Position numbers and translations under genes: made by a program
NCBI GenBank assembly: GCA_002869225.1
Contig: PKTG01000130.1
Location: 8,621-72,620, forward strand
Origin: Candidatus Muiribacterium halophilum
Lineage (GTDB): Bacteria > Muiribacteriota > Muiribacteriia > Muiribacteriales > Muiribacteriaceae
Direction of reading: 5' to 3'
Length of the DNA stretch: 64,000 bases
Notes under the pieces: generated by a model
Databases searched by the model: none
The model's input: only the letters and a program-made list of their open reading frames with translations
Told to the model about the DNA's origin: nothing
Shown here: positions 30,301 through 41,300 of the stretch, one piece after another
Numbering within the stretch: position 1 is the first letter of the stretch
Layout of the letters: the number at the start of each line of letters is the position of its first letter

Positions 30301-31710
30301 TCAAAATAGTATTCTAAACGTTTCCGGTTTGTTTCTCCTTAATATTTTCTCAGAAACAAGTGAGTTTTTAATTAATAATTCCCAAAGCCAAAATAATCTT
30401 GAATCTTTTTTTTCATTTATAAATCTCATTAGGTATTCATAATTTTTATAAAAATAATAAAAGTTTTTAACAAGATACTTTTCTTTCATTAGAGATCTCT
30501 CAAAGTAGGTGTGATAATGCTTGTTATACAACATATCTTTTACCTGATCGTATAATAAGGTGTTTTTGTAAGGATAATATATCGACACCTGAATAAGATC
30601 AGGTTTCAGGATCGCATTGAGGTATATACCTTTAAATATATCCTCTGTAGTCTCTTTTAAAAATCCCATCATATTAAAACTTCCTGTCTTTATTCCATTT
30701 CTTTTTAAAAGTTCGAAAGCCTTAAATATGATTTTTGTCTTAGGTGTCTTTCCAATACTCTTTCTGGTGCTTTCTGACCCCGATTCAATTCCCATAAGCA
30801 CCTGCTCACATCCAGATTCTTTTAAAAGTTTTACCACATCCTTATCAACTTGTTCAACTCGCATAAGACAATGGTATGGAAGAGCTATCCTTTTATATTC
30901 CTTTACAAAATCATCAAGCCACTCCTTATTATCAAAGAAAAGATCAGACTGAAACTGTATTGACCTGATTTCAGGATATTTTTGAATACAATAAGCTATC
31001 TCATCACAAACATCTTTTGGACTTCTAAATCTCAGGTAGGTATCTTTAAAATAATATTTTCGTAAAACGCTATTTGAACAGAAACTACATGAGAATCGGC
31101 ATCCTCTTGAAGTCATCATAGGAAGTCTTTTAAATAATTTATAATCATCAGTATTTTCAAAATCAAAGATATCCCTATCTCCAAATGGAAGTTCATCAAA
31201 CTCCTTATGACATCTAACATTTATTCGTTCTTTTTTTTGTCCGCGTTTTATTACATTTGAAATATCAGATATTTTTTTATCGGATGATCTTTTAAGGTTT
31301 TCTATTATTTCTATCAACGCTATTTCTCCATCACCTATTACTGCATAATCAAAGCCTTTCAATCTATCAATAAGTTCAGGTTCTATACTTATGGCAATAC
31401 CACCGATTATCGTCGTCTTATCAGAAAACTCTTTTTCAAGAAGATCATTTATGAGTATTATCTCAGAAAGCATATGTGTCGTGCTTGAAAGGCATATTAT
31501 ATCCGGGTCGTATTTCCTTATATCAGACTCTACCTTTTCAATATCTATTTCGTTTACAATATGAATAAGTCCTGTATCATGTCCATTTTGTTTTAGAAAT
31601 GCACTAAGCTGACCTATACCATGATAGTATCTACCATTTATAAGCGTCAGATTGTTATATTTATTATATCCACTTTCAGGATATATGAACTGTATTCTCA
31701 TTTTTTTCAA
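30301..31710 (-). CDS. B12-binding radical SAM enzyme (class B methyltransferase-like)
   Basis: N-terminal B12-binding domain (GG..., GDGE); SRGCRFSCSFC; GIESGS. Confidence 0.92.
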   Translation of the reverse strand: MKKMRIQFIYPESGYNKYNNLTLINGRYYHGIGQLSAFLKQNGHDTGLIHIVNEIDIEKVESDIRKYDPDIICLSSTTHMLSEIILINDLLEKEFSDKTTIIGGIAISIEPELIDRLKGFDYAVIGDGEIALIEIIENLKRSSDKKISDISNVIKRGQKKERINVRCHKEFDELPFGDRDIFDFENTDDYKLFKRLPMMTSRGCRFSCSFCSNSVLRKYYFKDTYLRFRSPKDVCDEIAYCIQKYPEIRSIQFQSDLFFDNKEWLDDFVKEYKRIALPYHCLMRVEQVDKDVVKLLKESGCEQVLMGIESGSESTRKSIGKTPKTKIIFKAFELLKRNGIKTGSFNMMGFLKETTEDIFKGIYLNAILKPDLIQVSIYYPYKNTLLYDQVKDMLYNKHYHTYFERSLMKEKYLVKNFYYFYKNYEYLMRFINEKKDSRLFWLWELLIKNSLVSEKILRRNKPETFRILF

Positions 31711-33175
31711 AACCCTTCATATACATCTCTAAAATAAGATGTATCAGTAATATGTTATATACATTCTTTCCAGAATATAACTCCTTTAATGTATTTTTTA
31801 TATATTTTTCATCTATTATCTTTTTTAAGACTTGTCTTTTACATAGTGATTCTATACTATCTTCAAGAAATACTTTAAGCTCATTTTTAAAAAACCTGTT
31901 AAGTGGTGCTGAGAAACCCTGACTTGGTCTGAAGGCAAAATCCTTTCCAAAAATAGTCTCAATCCATTTCCTATATACATATCTTTGTACATAACCTCTT
32001 ATTTTAAGTTCATTATCTATTGATGTTGCCATTTCAATAAAATTTTTATCTGTGTATAAAGCTATGTGTCTTTTCCCCGTCTTTTCACATATATTATTTA
32101 TTACATAATTTTCATACTCTGTCTGCCAATACCTCATGTTAAACCAGGTAAGCTGATCTAAAAGTTCTTTTTGTTCTATGATCTGTGGTCTTATTTCGTC
32201 ATCATTAAAAGATACAAAACCAAGAAATTCCTCAAAAGGTTCTATATCATTTTTTAATCCGTTCGTCTCCATATTCTCTTTAAACTTTCTCAGCTTTTCA
32301 CAGTGAAAATATTTTATATCTCCACCAAAAAGCTCATCTCCACCCATTCCTGAAAATATATGTTCAACTTCAGTATTTCTGGCTACTTTGTAATAAGCTG
32401 CACCTGTATGTGTTGATACAGGTTGAGGAAATATATCTGGAATACTTTGCCAGAAATCTATAAAATCCTGAGGATATAATTTGAATATTTCTCTTTCAAC
32501 ACCTGTTTTTTCACTCACATAATCAGAAAAATCATCTTCATCATATTTCTCGCCTGGAAATAATACACTGAAAGCTTTTAGAGGTATATCAGGACAGTTT
32601 TTTCTTAAAAGATAAAGTACTGCAGATGAATCCATACCACCTGATAGAAAGATACCTGAATCTCTTTTTTTTATATTTTTTAAGGAGTCTTTTACAACTT
32701 CTTCGATCTCTTTTTTAAAATCATTAAAAGTGATATCTCTTTTCATAAATCTTATTTTGTACTTTGAAAGGACCTCTTCGTCCTTATTTTTCTTTATTTT
32801 TAATACAACACCAGGCTCAAGTGTCCTATAGTATTTATAAAAACAATATGGAGATGGTATATAACGATATTTAAGATAATACCTTATTGCCTTTTCACTA
32901 AGTTATACAGGGGTCTTTTCGGGTATATTTATATCAAAAGAAGCAAACGTATGATCTTTTTTATAATATATCTTATTTGTGGAAGTTATATCGCTAACTA
33001 GTATATATTCATCCTTCTCGATATCTTTTATTATTATAGAATAAAAGCCTCCAATATCATGAAACCTTTCAGGGCTTTCAATACATTCTAATATAGTATT
33101 TTCTGATATATCGTTTGAAGCCTTTATTTTTATTGAATATCTATTTTTAATATTTAACTCTTTAATCAAGTTCAT
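31676..33175 (-). pseudogene. Asparagine-synthetase-like ATP-dependent amide/lactam ligase interrupted by an in-frame TAA (32903-32905)
   Basis: ORFs 32903-33196 and 31676-32746 are in the same frame; the gap reads LSEKAIRYYLKYRYIPSPY...LEPG (AsnB-like); LSGGMDSS and SGMGGDELFGG motifs. Confidence 0.8.
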
Positions 33176-33962
33176 CTTCAAGCCACCTGATATCATCTTT
33201 AATCCACGCTTCTTTATGTTCCTTATAAAGTTTTTTATAGAGCTTTAGTGATTCTCTATACTCTCCTGTCATCTTTAAAGCATAAGCTCTAAACTGTTTT
33301 TCATTCTTTGAATCCTGTTTTCTATTTGTAAGTCTTTTAATAAGTTTAAATTTTTTCAATTTAACTAGTACAACAAGAAGTTCATCTAGGATCTCCTGGC
33401 TTCTGTTCTTTTTTAATGCTGACTTTATATAGAAAAGAGCTTTCTTATGATTTCCTAATTCGTTTTCAATAACAGCAATATTTTTAAAATATAGAGGAAT
33501 ACTATCAGTATCCATGAAATTCAAAAACTGTTGGATTTTCAAAAGAGAAATATCAAATATTTTTCTTTCTTCTGATTCATTAGAAGCATTAAAAAGAAGT
33601 CTATTATCATAGGATAAGTTTAAAACATCGTTCAAATTTATATATTTACCTTTTATAAAGTCTTCTTTTTTATCTTCTGAAATAACAAATACAGTATATT
33701 TAGAGAAATACTTGTTTATAAATGTCATTATCCATTCATAGTTATACATGGATATACCTACTTCGTTATCATCGGGATCAGCCAGACCATATATCCAGTC
33801 AAGAAGTTCGTATTTTCGATTATAAATGAACACATCAAGTATATCTCTTTCTCCGGTTTCAGGATTATCCGCAGAATTTATTATAATAAAAACAGCTCTA
33901 TTTTCCTTTATATAAGATGCAGTCTTAAGTCCAATCTTATGGTTTTCTCCTAGCTGCATCAC
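33162..33962 (-). CDS. Hypothetical protein with C-terminal TPR-like helices
   Basis: Operonic overlaps on both sides; YFKNIAVIENELGNHKKAL TPR-like segment. Confidence 0.6.
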   Translation of the reverse strand: MMQLGENHKIGLKTASYIKENRAVFIIINSADNPETGERDILDVFIYNRKYELLDWIYGLADPDDNEVGISMYNYEWIMTFINKYFSKYTVFVISEDKKEDFIKGKYINLNDVLNLSYDNRLLFNASNESEERKIFDISLLKIQQFLNFMDTDSIPLYFKNIAVIENELGNHKKALFYIKSALKKNRSQEILDELLVVLVKLKKFKLIKRLTNRKQDSKNEKQFRAYALKMTGEYRESLKLYKKLYKEHKEAWIKDDIRWLEDELD

Positions 33963-35653
33963 AGAAACTCCTTATTCAATATTGCTTCAGGATCAATATT
34001 AAATCTTCTACAAAAATATAATACCTCTTCAAGAATAGCTTCATGAGAATTGATTGACTTTCTTACAGAGCATTCCTTACATAGACTTATTCTATCACAT
34101 ATATGATCTTCAATAAATGCTTTTAATTTTTTCTCAAATTCAAAAATAGTATGATCAAAGATATTAAAATCCAGATTCTCAAGCAAAGTATCATGACAAC
34201 AAAAAGTTATTTTTCCAGTGGAAGCTATCACTAGATATTCAAATGGAGAAAAACATATTTTTTTAATTGTAGTCTTTTTATCTATTTCTTTATGATCGAC
34301 AAATCCTTCATGACCTATATGTAATAAGTTTTCTCTTGTCTCTAAAAATAATCTATCACTTTCCAGAATATCTGTTTTTTTTATAGGATCCCATTTTCTG
34401 AAATAGATAATATGCTTTTTATTAAAATCAAAAAAGGATGTTATCTGATGATCAAGATCATTTTCTTTGAAAAATCTTATCCAATATTCTTTGAAATCCG
34501 ATAGTTCAAATTGATTCTGTTTATGCACAATAAACTGAAGGACATGTATTATATTGACCTTCTCTTTCGTCTCAAGAATAATATTCTGTATATTTTCTTT
34601 AACTTTTTCTAAAAACGGATTTCCCTTTAAAGACATGTAAACATCTTTTGTATTAGCATCAACAGAATAATGTATTTTCAAAGGAAAGTTTATTTTTAAA
34701 ATATTCTTAACAATATTTGTATCCATCTCTTGAGCATTTGTATGCAGCTCTACTTTTGAGAAAAGTTCTTTATTAGCTTCAAGTAGCTCCAGGATTTTTG
34801 GGAATTCTTCATGAAGAAGAGGTTCTCCAAGCCAGAATAAATGAATGTTTTCGAAAAAATATTCATTATTGTCAAAATCCTTAATAAGCTTTTTCAATTT
34901 ATCAACATCTATGAAAAGGTTATCTTTTCCTCTAGAATCTTTTATTGAGTCGTTTTTTTGATTACAATAGATACATGCGTTCTGACAAACACTACTTGTC
35001 TCGATCATAAGATGTTTTATGATCTTTTTTTTCCTGATTCTTGCTTTGTAATATCTTTCTAATCCAAAAAGAGCCTGATGCTCTTTTGTATATTCATTTA
35101 AAAGTCCTAAGGACAAGTCTATAGATTTTTCACCCAGACATCTCTGACATAAAAACATATTCTCATAATTTCCCGATATATGAGAATATCTGTATTTTTT
35201 AATTTTTTCGGAGTCAAACCAAAGATCATATATATCATTTTTATTAAGATCACCCAGGGACATATCAAAAAATGAATCATTACAACAAATTGTAAGATCG
35301 CCTGATGAAGATACGACAGGAGATAACCAGGGACATAAACAACCCGGATTCTCCATTAGGGAACTTATATCAAGTTGAAATATATCATCTATCTTTATCG
35401 TCAACTCTTTTTCTTCTTTATCAAGAAAATCTTTAAGAAACAAATGAATATGTCTGGCATCTTTTGTGTAACAATCAAAGGTTAGTTTTGTCTTTCCATT
35501 TGGAATAATATCATCACTTATTTCTAAAACACTTTCTCTTTTAAGGAATTCTGAATTAACTTTTTCATTCCAATCAGCTTCAGAGTATATTGAGACACAG
35601 AAAGTATATATTTTAAATCTTTCCAGTAGACTTTTTGATAAAGCTATTTTCAC
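33959..35653 (-). CDS. Radical SAM protein flanked by two SPASM/Twitch domains
   Basis: N-terminal CPW...GDLTICCND...CQRC; central CQNACIYC and GEPLLH; C-terminal CFSPF...GKITFCCHD...CKEC. Confidence 0.85.
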   Translation of the reverse strand: MKIALSKSLLERFKIYTFCVSIYSEADWNEKVNSEFLKRESVLEISDDIIPNGKTKLTFDCYTKDARHIHLFLKDFLDKEEKELTIKIDDIFQLDISSLMENPGCLCPWLSPVVSSSGDLTICCNDSFFDMSLGDLNKNDIYDLWFDSEKIKKYRYSHISGNYENMFLCQRCLGEKSIDLSLGLLNEYTKEHQALFGLERYYKARIRKKKIIKHLMIETSSVCQNACIYCNQKNDSIKDSRGKDNLFIDVDKLKKLIKDFDNNEYFFENIHLFWLGEPLLHEEFPKILELLEANKELFSKVELHTNAQEMDTNIVKNILKINFPLKIHYSVDANTKDVYMSLKGNPFLEKVKENIQNIILETKEKVNIIHVLQFIVHKQNQFELSDFKEYWIRFFKENDLDHQITSFFDFNKKHIIYFRKWDPIKKTDILESDRLFLETRENLLHIGHEGFVDHKEIDKKTTIKKICFSPFEYLVIASTGKITFCCHDTLLENLDFNIFDHTIFEFEKKLKAFIEDHICDRISLCKECSVRKSINSHEAILEEVLYFCRRFNIDPEAILNKEFL

Positions 35654-35663
35654 AAACTATCCT

Positions 35664-37346
35664 TTAAACAGGTTCAGACATTGTAACTCTATTCTTACCC
35701 ATGTTTTTTGATTGCTTCAACGCATCATCAGTAGCTTTAACAAGACCAGCCAATTCACCGTCTAAAATATATTCAGCTACGCCACCTGAAACTGTAAGAT
35801 GCATCGTTCCACCATCTTCTAAAGGAAAAGTGAATTCCTCTATCTTAGCTCTAAGTCTTTCAGCAAAAAGCATAGCCATCTTAAGATCGGTCTCTGGAAG
35901 TATTAGTGCAATACTATCGCCACCATATCTAGCAGGAATATCGATATTCATTCTCAGATTACTTTTTATAAACCTTCCCAGATTCATAAGTACAAGATCT
36001 GCTTGAAGATTCCCATACTCTTCATTTATTTTAGAGAAATCATCTACATCCATTATTATAAGAGATAATTTCAAACCATATCTTCTAGCTCTAAAAGCTT
36101 CTTCCTCAAGTCTTGAATAAAAATGACTCTTAATATAAAGACCTGTAAGACCATCTGTTATCGATTCATTATACATAGTTGATTTTGATATAGCTGTTGA
36201 TATATGACCAACTAATGCATGAAGAAGTTTTACGTCAAATTCATCAAACCCATTATCTGAGTTTTTATTAACAACATTAATAACTCCTACAATCTTATCC
36301 TCAACCTTTATTGGAACACATATTATGTTTTTTATCTTTTCATCACGCCATTTAGAATTTCCAAATTTTTTAAACTCCGGATCGTTAAAACCACTATTGA
36401 CTATCATAGGAATTCCACTTTCAAATACTTTTCCAGCTATTCCTTCACCAGGTGAAATGTTTACAACATCAAGTATCTCACCTTCCAGTCCTCTAACTGT
36501 TTGAAGTTTTAAAAAACCTTCCTCTTCATCATAAAATAGTATTGAACTTCTCTCAGCATTCAAAGCCATAATAATATTATCCATGATTACTTCAATAAGC
36601 TCTTCTGAAGGTGTTGAGAAATTGATCTTTTTAATGACATTAAACATTATCTTCATATTAAAGATCATCTTATTATATATTTTTGCAAGAACTCCAAACT
36701 CATCACCAGAATGTATATCAACATGATTTTTAAAATCTCCACTTGCTAGAGATTTACTTGCCTGAATAAGAATCATCACCTTTTGTGAGAGTGATCCTGC
36801 TAGAAGATAGGAGAATAATCCGCCAAGTATAATACTCACGAGCAGAAATACCAACATCTTTTTTATAAATGCTCTTTCGAGGTCGGTGATAATACTTGAT
36901 TTTAAACGTACTTCCATGACACCATACAGGATGTTCTTCTCAAGAATAGGTTCGACAACAATAAGTTCTTTTTTAAAGGAATGTAAGCCTTTTTTTGTAT
37001 CGAAGACTTTATTAATATGAGAAAGCACCGATGCTTTTCTACTATTATTGATGTTATGCGGATTAGTCGAGCCAACATTTTTACGGGTATCATCATAAAT
37101 ATTGATCTCATTTATCGGGTTTTGAATCCTCAAAGATTTTATGTAATTTTGAATCACCGGATAATCATTCGATATAAGTGCATCTTTTATTGGTATTGAA
37201 AATCCTTGTAAAAAGAAACTTATATCTTTTATCTTTTGCTGTATAAGATTATCTTTTTGAAAATTAAGTGTATAATAACCAAATCCTGCATTTATAAGGA
37301 TTATTAATCCAAATGTATATATAAAGACCTTTAATTTAATCGACAT
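35664..37346 (-). CDS. Membrane sensor HAMP-GAF-GGDEF protein with degenerate motif (GGDSI)
   Basis: 2 TM helices, HAMP (DEFGVLA), GAF, TDGLTGLY, DVDDF..IN..YG, RYGGDSI. Confidence 0.9.
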   Translation of the reverse strand: MSIKLKVFIYTFGLIILINAGFGYYTLNFQKDNLIQQKIKDISFFLQGFSIPIKDALISNDYPVIQNYIKSLRIQNPINEINIYDDTRKNVGSTNPHNINNSRKASVLSHINKVFDTKKGLHSFKKELIVVEPILEKNILYGVMEVRLKSSIITDLERAFIKKMLVFLLVSIILGGLFSYLLAGSLSQKVMILIQASKSLASGDFKNHVDIHSGDEFGVLAKIYNKMIFNMKIMFNVIKKINFSTPSEELIEVIMDNIIMALNAERSSILFYDEEEGFLKLQTVRGLEGEILDVVNISPGEGIAGKVFESGIPMIVNSGFNDPEFKKFGNSKWRDEKIKNIICVPIKVEDKIVGVINVVNKNSDNGFDEFDVKLLHALVGHISTAISKSTMYNESITDGLTGLYIKSHFYSRLEEEAFRARRYGLKLSLIIMDVDDFSKINEEYGNLQADLVLMNLGRFIKSNLRMNIDIPARYGGDSIALILPETDLKMAMLFAERLRAKIEEFTFPLEDGGTMHLTVSGGVAEYILDGELAGLVKATDDALKQSKNMGKNRVTMSEPV

Positions 37347-37361
37347 CTATTTCTCCTTAAA

Positions 37362-38249
37362 TCATTTATAACCTAATACTTTTCTAAGGTTTCTGTATTC
37401 TTTTTCATTTGCATCAACGAATCCTTCAACACTAAGATCTTCTTTTATCTGCTCTGGTATATTTTTTATAAAATCTTTATTAAATATCTTTTTAAATTTT
37501 TCAGAAATATCTTTTTTTACAATTATTGGCTCGTTAAGAATATATTCAGTCCTATCCAGTATACGAACTCCGTTTTTTCTTTCTTTTAAAATAGTCTCAG
37601 GCGCATCTTCAAATACAGCACCTGCATCTACTTTTCCATAATAAACATTTTCAATCACAGAATCATGTGAACCAAGATATTTTATATCACTAAAAAAACT
37701 ATATATATCAATACTATATTTATTCTCAAGAAGGGCTTTGGGAAGTATATATCCCGATGTAGAATTAATATCTGTAAAAGCAAAAACCTTTCCTTTCAGG
37801 TCTTTCATCTCATTTATATTACTTTTATTTGAAGTGATGATTATTCCTCTATACTTATCATTTCCATGTCTTACAGGTCTGAATATTGGTGTATAATCAC
37901 CAAATTCATCAATATTTTCAACATAATGATTGGTTGCCGTCCAAATTACATCTGCATCACCTTTTTTAGCAATATCTACCACTTCTTCATAGGACTTTGC
38001 CACGTTTAATTTTATCTTATAACCCGTTTTTTCTGATAAATACATAATAAAATTATAATTCTCATCCATAACTTTAAGAGAATTTGCATAAGGCATTCTG
38101 AGGAATCTTATTAGCTCTCTATCCTTTTCTACAGTCGTCTGTTTATACTGTTTCCCCTGTACAACAGTATTGTTTTTATTATATAATAATATTAGACACA
38201 CCAAAATTAACGGCAAAATAAACATCAATAATTTTAATATTTTTTTCAT
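37362..38249 (-). CDS. Phosphate/phosphite/phosphonate-type substrate-binding protein (PhnD-like)
   Basis: YRGIII, DLKGK.FAF.D..STSGY.LP, GSHD, VDAGA. Confidence 0.9.
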   Translation of the reverse strand: MKKILKLLMFILPLILVCLILLYNKNNTVVQGKQYKQTTVEKDRELIRFLRMPYANSLKVMDENYNFIMYLSEKTGYKIKLNVAKSYEEVVDIAKKGDADVIWTATNHYVENIDEFGDYTPIFRPVRHGNDKYRGIIITSNKSNINEMKDLKGKVFAFTDINSTSGYILPKALLENKYSIDIYSFFSDIKYLGSHDSVIENVYYGKVDAGAVFEDAPETILKERKNGVRILDRTEYILNEPIIVKKDISEKFKKIFNKDFIKNIPEQIKEDLSVEGFVDANEKEYRNLRKVLGYK

Positions 38250-38282
38250 ACCAATTTAGTAAAACAGAAAACAATTTTATTT

Positions 38283-38310
38283 TCAAGCAAAACAGGATAA
38301 TCTCCGATAA
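38283..38310 (+). promoter_or_regulatory. Putative sigma28-like promoter
   Basis: TCAA-N16-TCCGATAA, followed by GGAGG RBS and ATG at 38343. Confidence 0.6.
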
Positions 38311-38342
38311 TAATGATGTGTAATAGGTGGAGGTTGTTAATT

Positions 38343-41300
38343 ATGAAAAAAAACACATATTATTTTTTCTCAATTTTATCGCTTTTGATATTTTTAGTTA
38401 TCATCTCGATAGGTTGTGGTGGAGGTTCTGAATTAACTATTCCTGCAAAAGAAGTAGTTATCAGACCTAGTTCTCCTGTTTCCGGAGAGATCATCAATCT
38501 ATATACAGAGACAGCGGAAATATCATGGTATGCTTCAAAAGAAGTAGAATTTTTCAACGTTTATGTAAACGGTGTATTGAAAAAAACAATTTCAGAAAAT
38601 GAATACTCAACAAGTGAAGTAACTACTAATAATCAAAAGATTTCCTATAAATTAAATGATCTTAAAAAAGATAGTTCTTATATAATATCAGTTAAATCCT
38701 TAAGCAGTAAAGGTGTAGAATCTGATAAATCAATGATATTTCAGATAAACACTATCGAAAGTGCATCTATACCTGTACCACCAAAATCATTAACCTTTGT
38801 ATCAAGTACACTTAGTTCAGCTAAAATTAATTTTAACGAAGGGCAATATGCTGCAAAATATCAAATTTATATTGACGGTTTACCATATACTCTCGATAGC
38901 AAACCCGTTTACATCTTTAAAGCAGGCACCTATGAGATATTAAATCTTAACGCATCAACTGATTATGATATTACGATCAAATCCATCAACGGTTATGGTT
39001 ATTCAGACACCTCAGAAGTCCTCGAGATCTCCACCGGATCATCTCCTTCTAAACCTACCATTCCTGTTGTTGGTACTTTGCTTGATAAATCAGTAAATAT
39101 ACAATGGAGCAGTGTTTTAAACGCAACCAAATATTTTGTTTATATAGCAAACATCTCAGCAGACCCTAACGCACAACTCTCCTTATATTCAACGGTTACA
39201 AACACAACCGCTATAATATCTAATCTTAGTCGTGGAACTACATATGATATTGCTATAAAAGCGTGGAATAAATACGGTGACTCTCCATATTCAGATACTA
39301 TTGAGATCACAACAAAAAATATTCCTTCTACACCAACCGGATTAGCATTTACTGAATTGACCTTGACTAGTTTTAAAATAAGCTGGCCATCAGTATCAAC
39401 TGCTGATTCATACAAAATATATAAAAACGGTCTTTTTTATGCATCTGTAAATGCATCAGCAAGTACTCCATCCTACACGTTGGGAAGTCTTTCTTCAGAC
39501 TCGACATATGAAATACAGGTTTCTTCAGTAAATGAGTTTGGTGAATCGGATAAATCCACAAAAGAATACGTACACACCCTTTCAGAAGATGGTGACCCAC
39601 CTGCTATACCTGCTGGTTTTACGATAACACCATCTAATATTAAACCTACATCGATGATAATAACATGGACGACTGTCCCTGAGACATCAAATTATCGAGT
39701 ATATTATAATGATGTTTACGGTAATACCAATAATACATCATATCAGATTGATAATCTTACCCCGGATACATCTTATACTATTGGGATTGAAGCCTATAAT
39801 GATTTTGGTTACACTACTAAACAGACTACAACTGTTTCTACATTATCCGAACCATTACCAGTTGAATCTATTGAAGTTGAATCAAAAAGTAAAAACTTTA
39901 TAAAAATAAATTGGTCAGAAGCAGACGGAGCGAACAAGTATTTTGTTTATTGTAGAAGAACAGCACCTACAACTGCTGTAATTACTGAGGATACTGTAGA
40001 AGTTACAACCTACTCCTTCTCTGGTCTGACTTCAGGAGCTACTTTTGAGATAACTATTTATTCATCATATAATTCAAATAGACAGACAAGTATAAATAGC
40101 GGTAGTAATGAAAATCAGATATATGTCTTCACCCCAAGCACTCCGGATACACCAATAATATCAGGAGCAACAAATATATCACAAAATTCTGCAGATGTTA
40201 CATGGGGATCCGTTTCAAATGCAGATTATTATAATGTATATAGAAAACGAATTCTTACCGAATCGACTTATTCACTTGCATCAGGTTCAGGTACATCTCT
40301 TACAACAACTACACTTAGTATAGATTCTCTTACTGTAGATTCAACATATGAGATATTGGTTACTGCAGTATCAATAACACCAACAGGCGAACATCTTGAA
40401 TCAGCAGTTCAGACAAATGCTTTATCCTTTAAGACATTACCAAATATTCCAAACCCACCAAATAATCTAAGGTATGATGGACTTACAAAGGATACAGATG
40501 AAATCTTTGTATATTGGGAAAGACCAAGTTCTACCGATTATTATTACGTTTATGCACCAGGACATAACCCTGAAAGACAAAAAGTATTAACTGAATTTGT
40601 AAGATTAGATGACTGGTCTCCAAGTCCAGGTAGTATCATTCCAACTTCAACTACAATTGAAGTAAGTGCATACAATTATTTTGATTTAAATTCAGGTACT
40701 TCAGAGATTTTGATACCTCTTGATGAACTTACTACACCAGTTATCGGAATTCCTTATCCAGATGCAGTTAATACTGACACACAGATGTACGTTGAATGGG
40801 ATACAACTGAGATATCAACTGCTTATTCATATATTATTAAACTTTACGATGATGATGCAGCTTCATATGTAGTTTTAGATAACGGACAGGAAGAAAAAGC
40901 ATTAAATAACAAATATTATACTTTTACTAATCTAACTTCAGATAACAACTATACAGTTGAAGTTAAAAAGATTAAGAACGGTAAAGGAGAATCATTTACC
41001 GCAAGTAAATCATTTGCAACTAATTCAGCTCCTGATACCGTAGTATTTGAAGCTATCACTCTAGCAGATTATAGTACAAAAGAGATAATAATAAATTGGG
41101 ATAGTGCAACACCACATGCACTACTTGCAGATTATAATACAGATACATTTGAGATCTATGCGAAACAAAGCACATCAACAACATGGAAATTAATAGCAGA
41201 AGTAGAAGATGATGACATTGATACAGGTGGAAACAATCCTGCATTCACTTATACTATGAACAAACTCGGTGATACAGGAGCTGCTCCACCACTTTCGGCC

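Noticed and set aside
32903-32905. Stop-codon reassignment or selenocysteine/pyrrolysine recoding
   Set aside because: The codon is TAA, which terminates many conserved genes here (ppdK, rplT, recA); Sec and Pyl use TGA and TAG.
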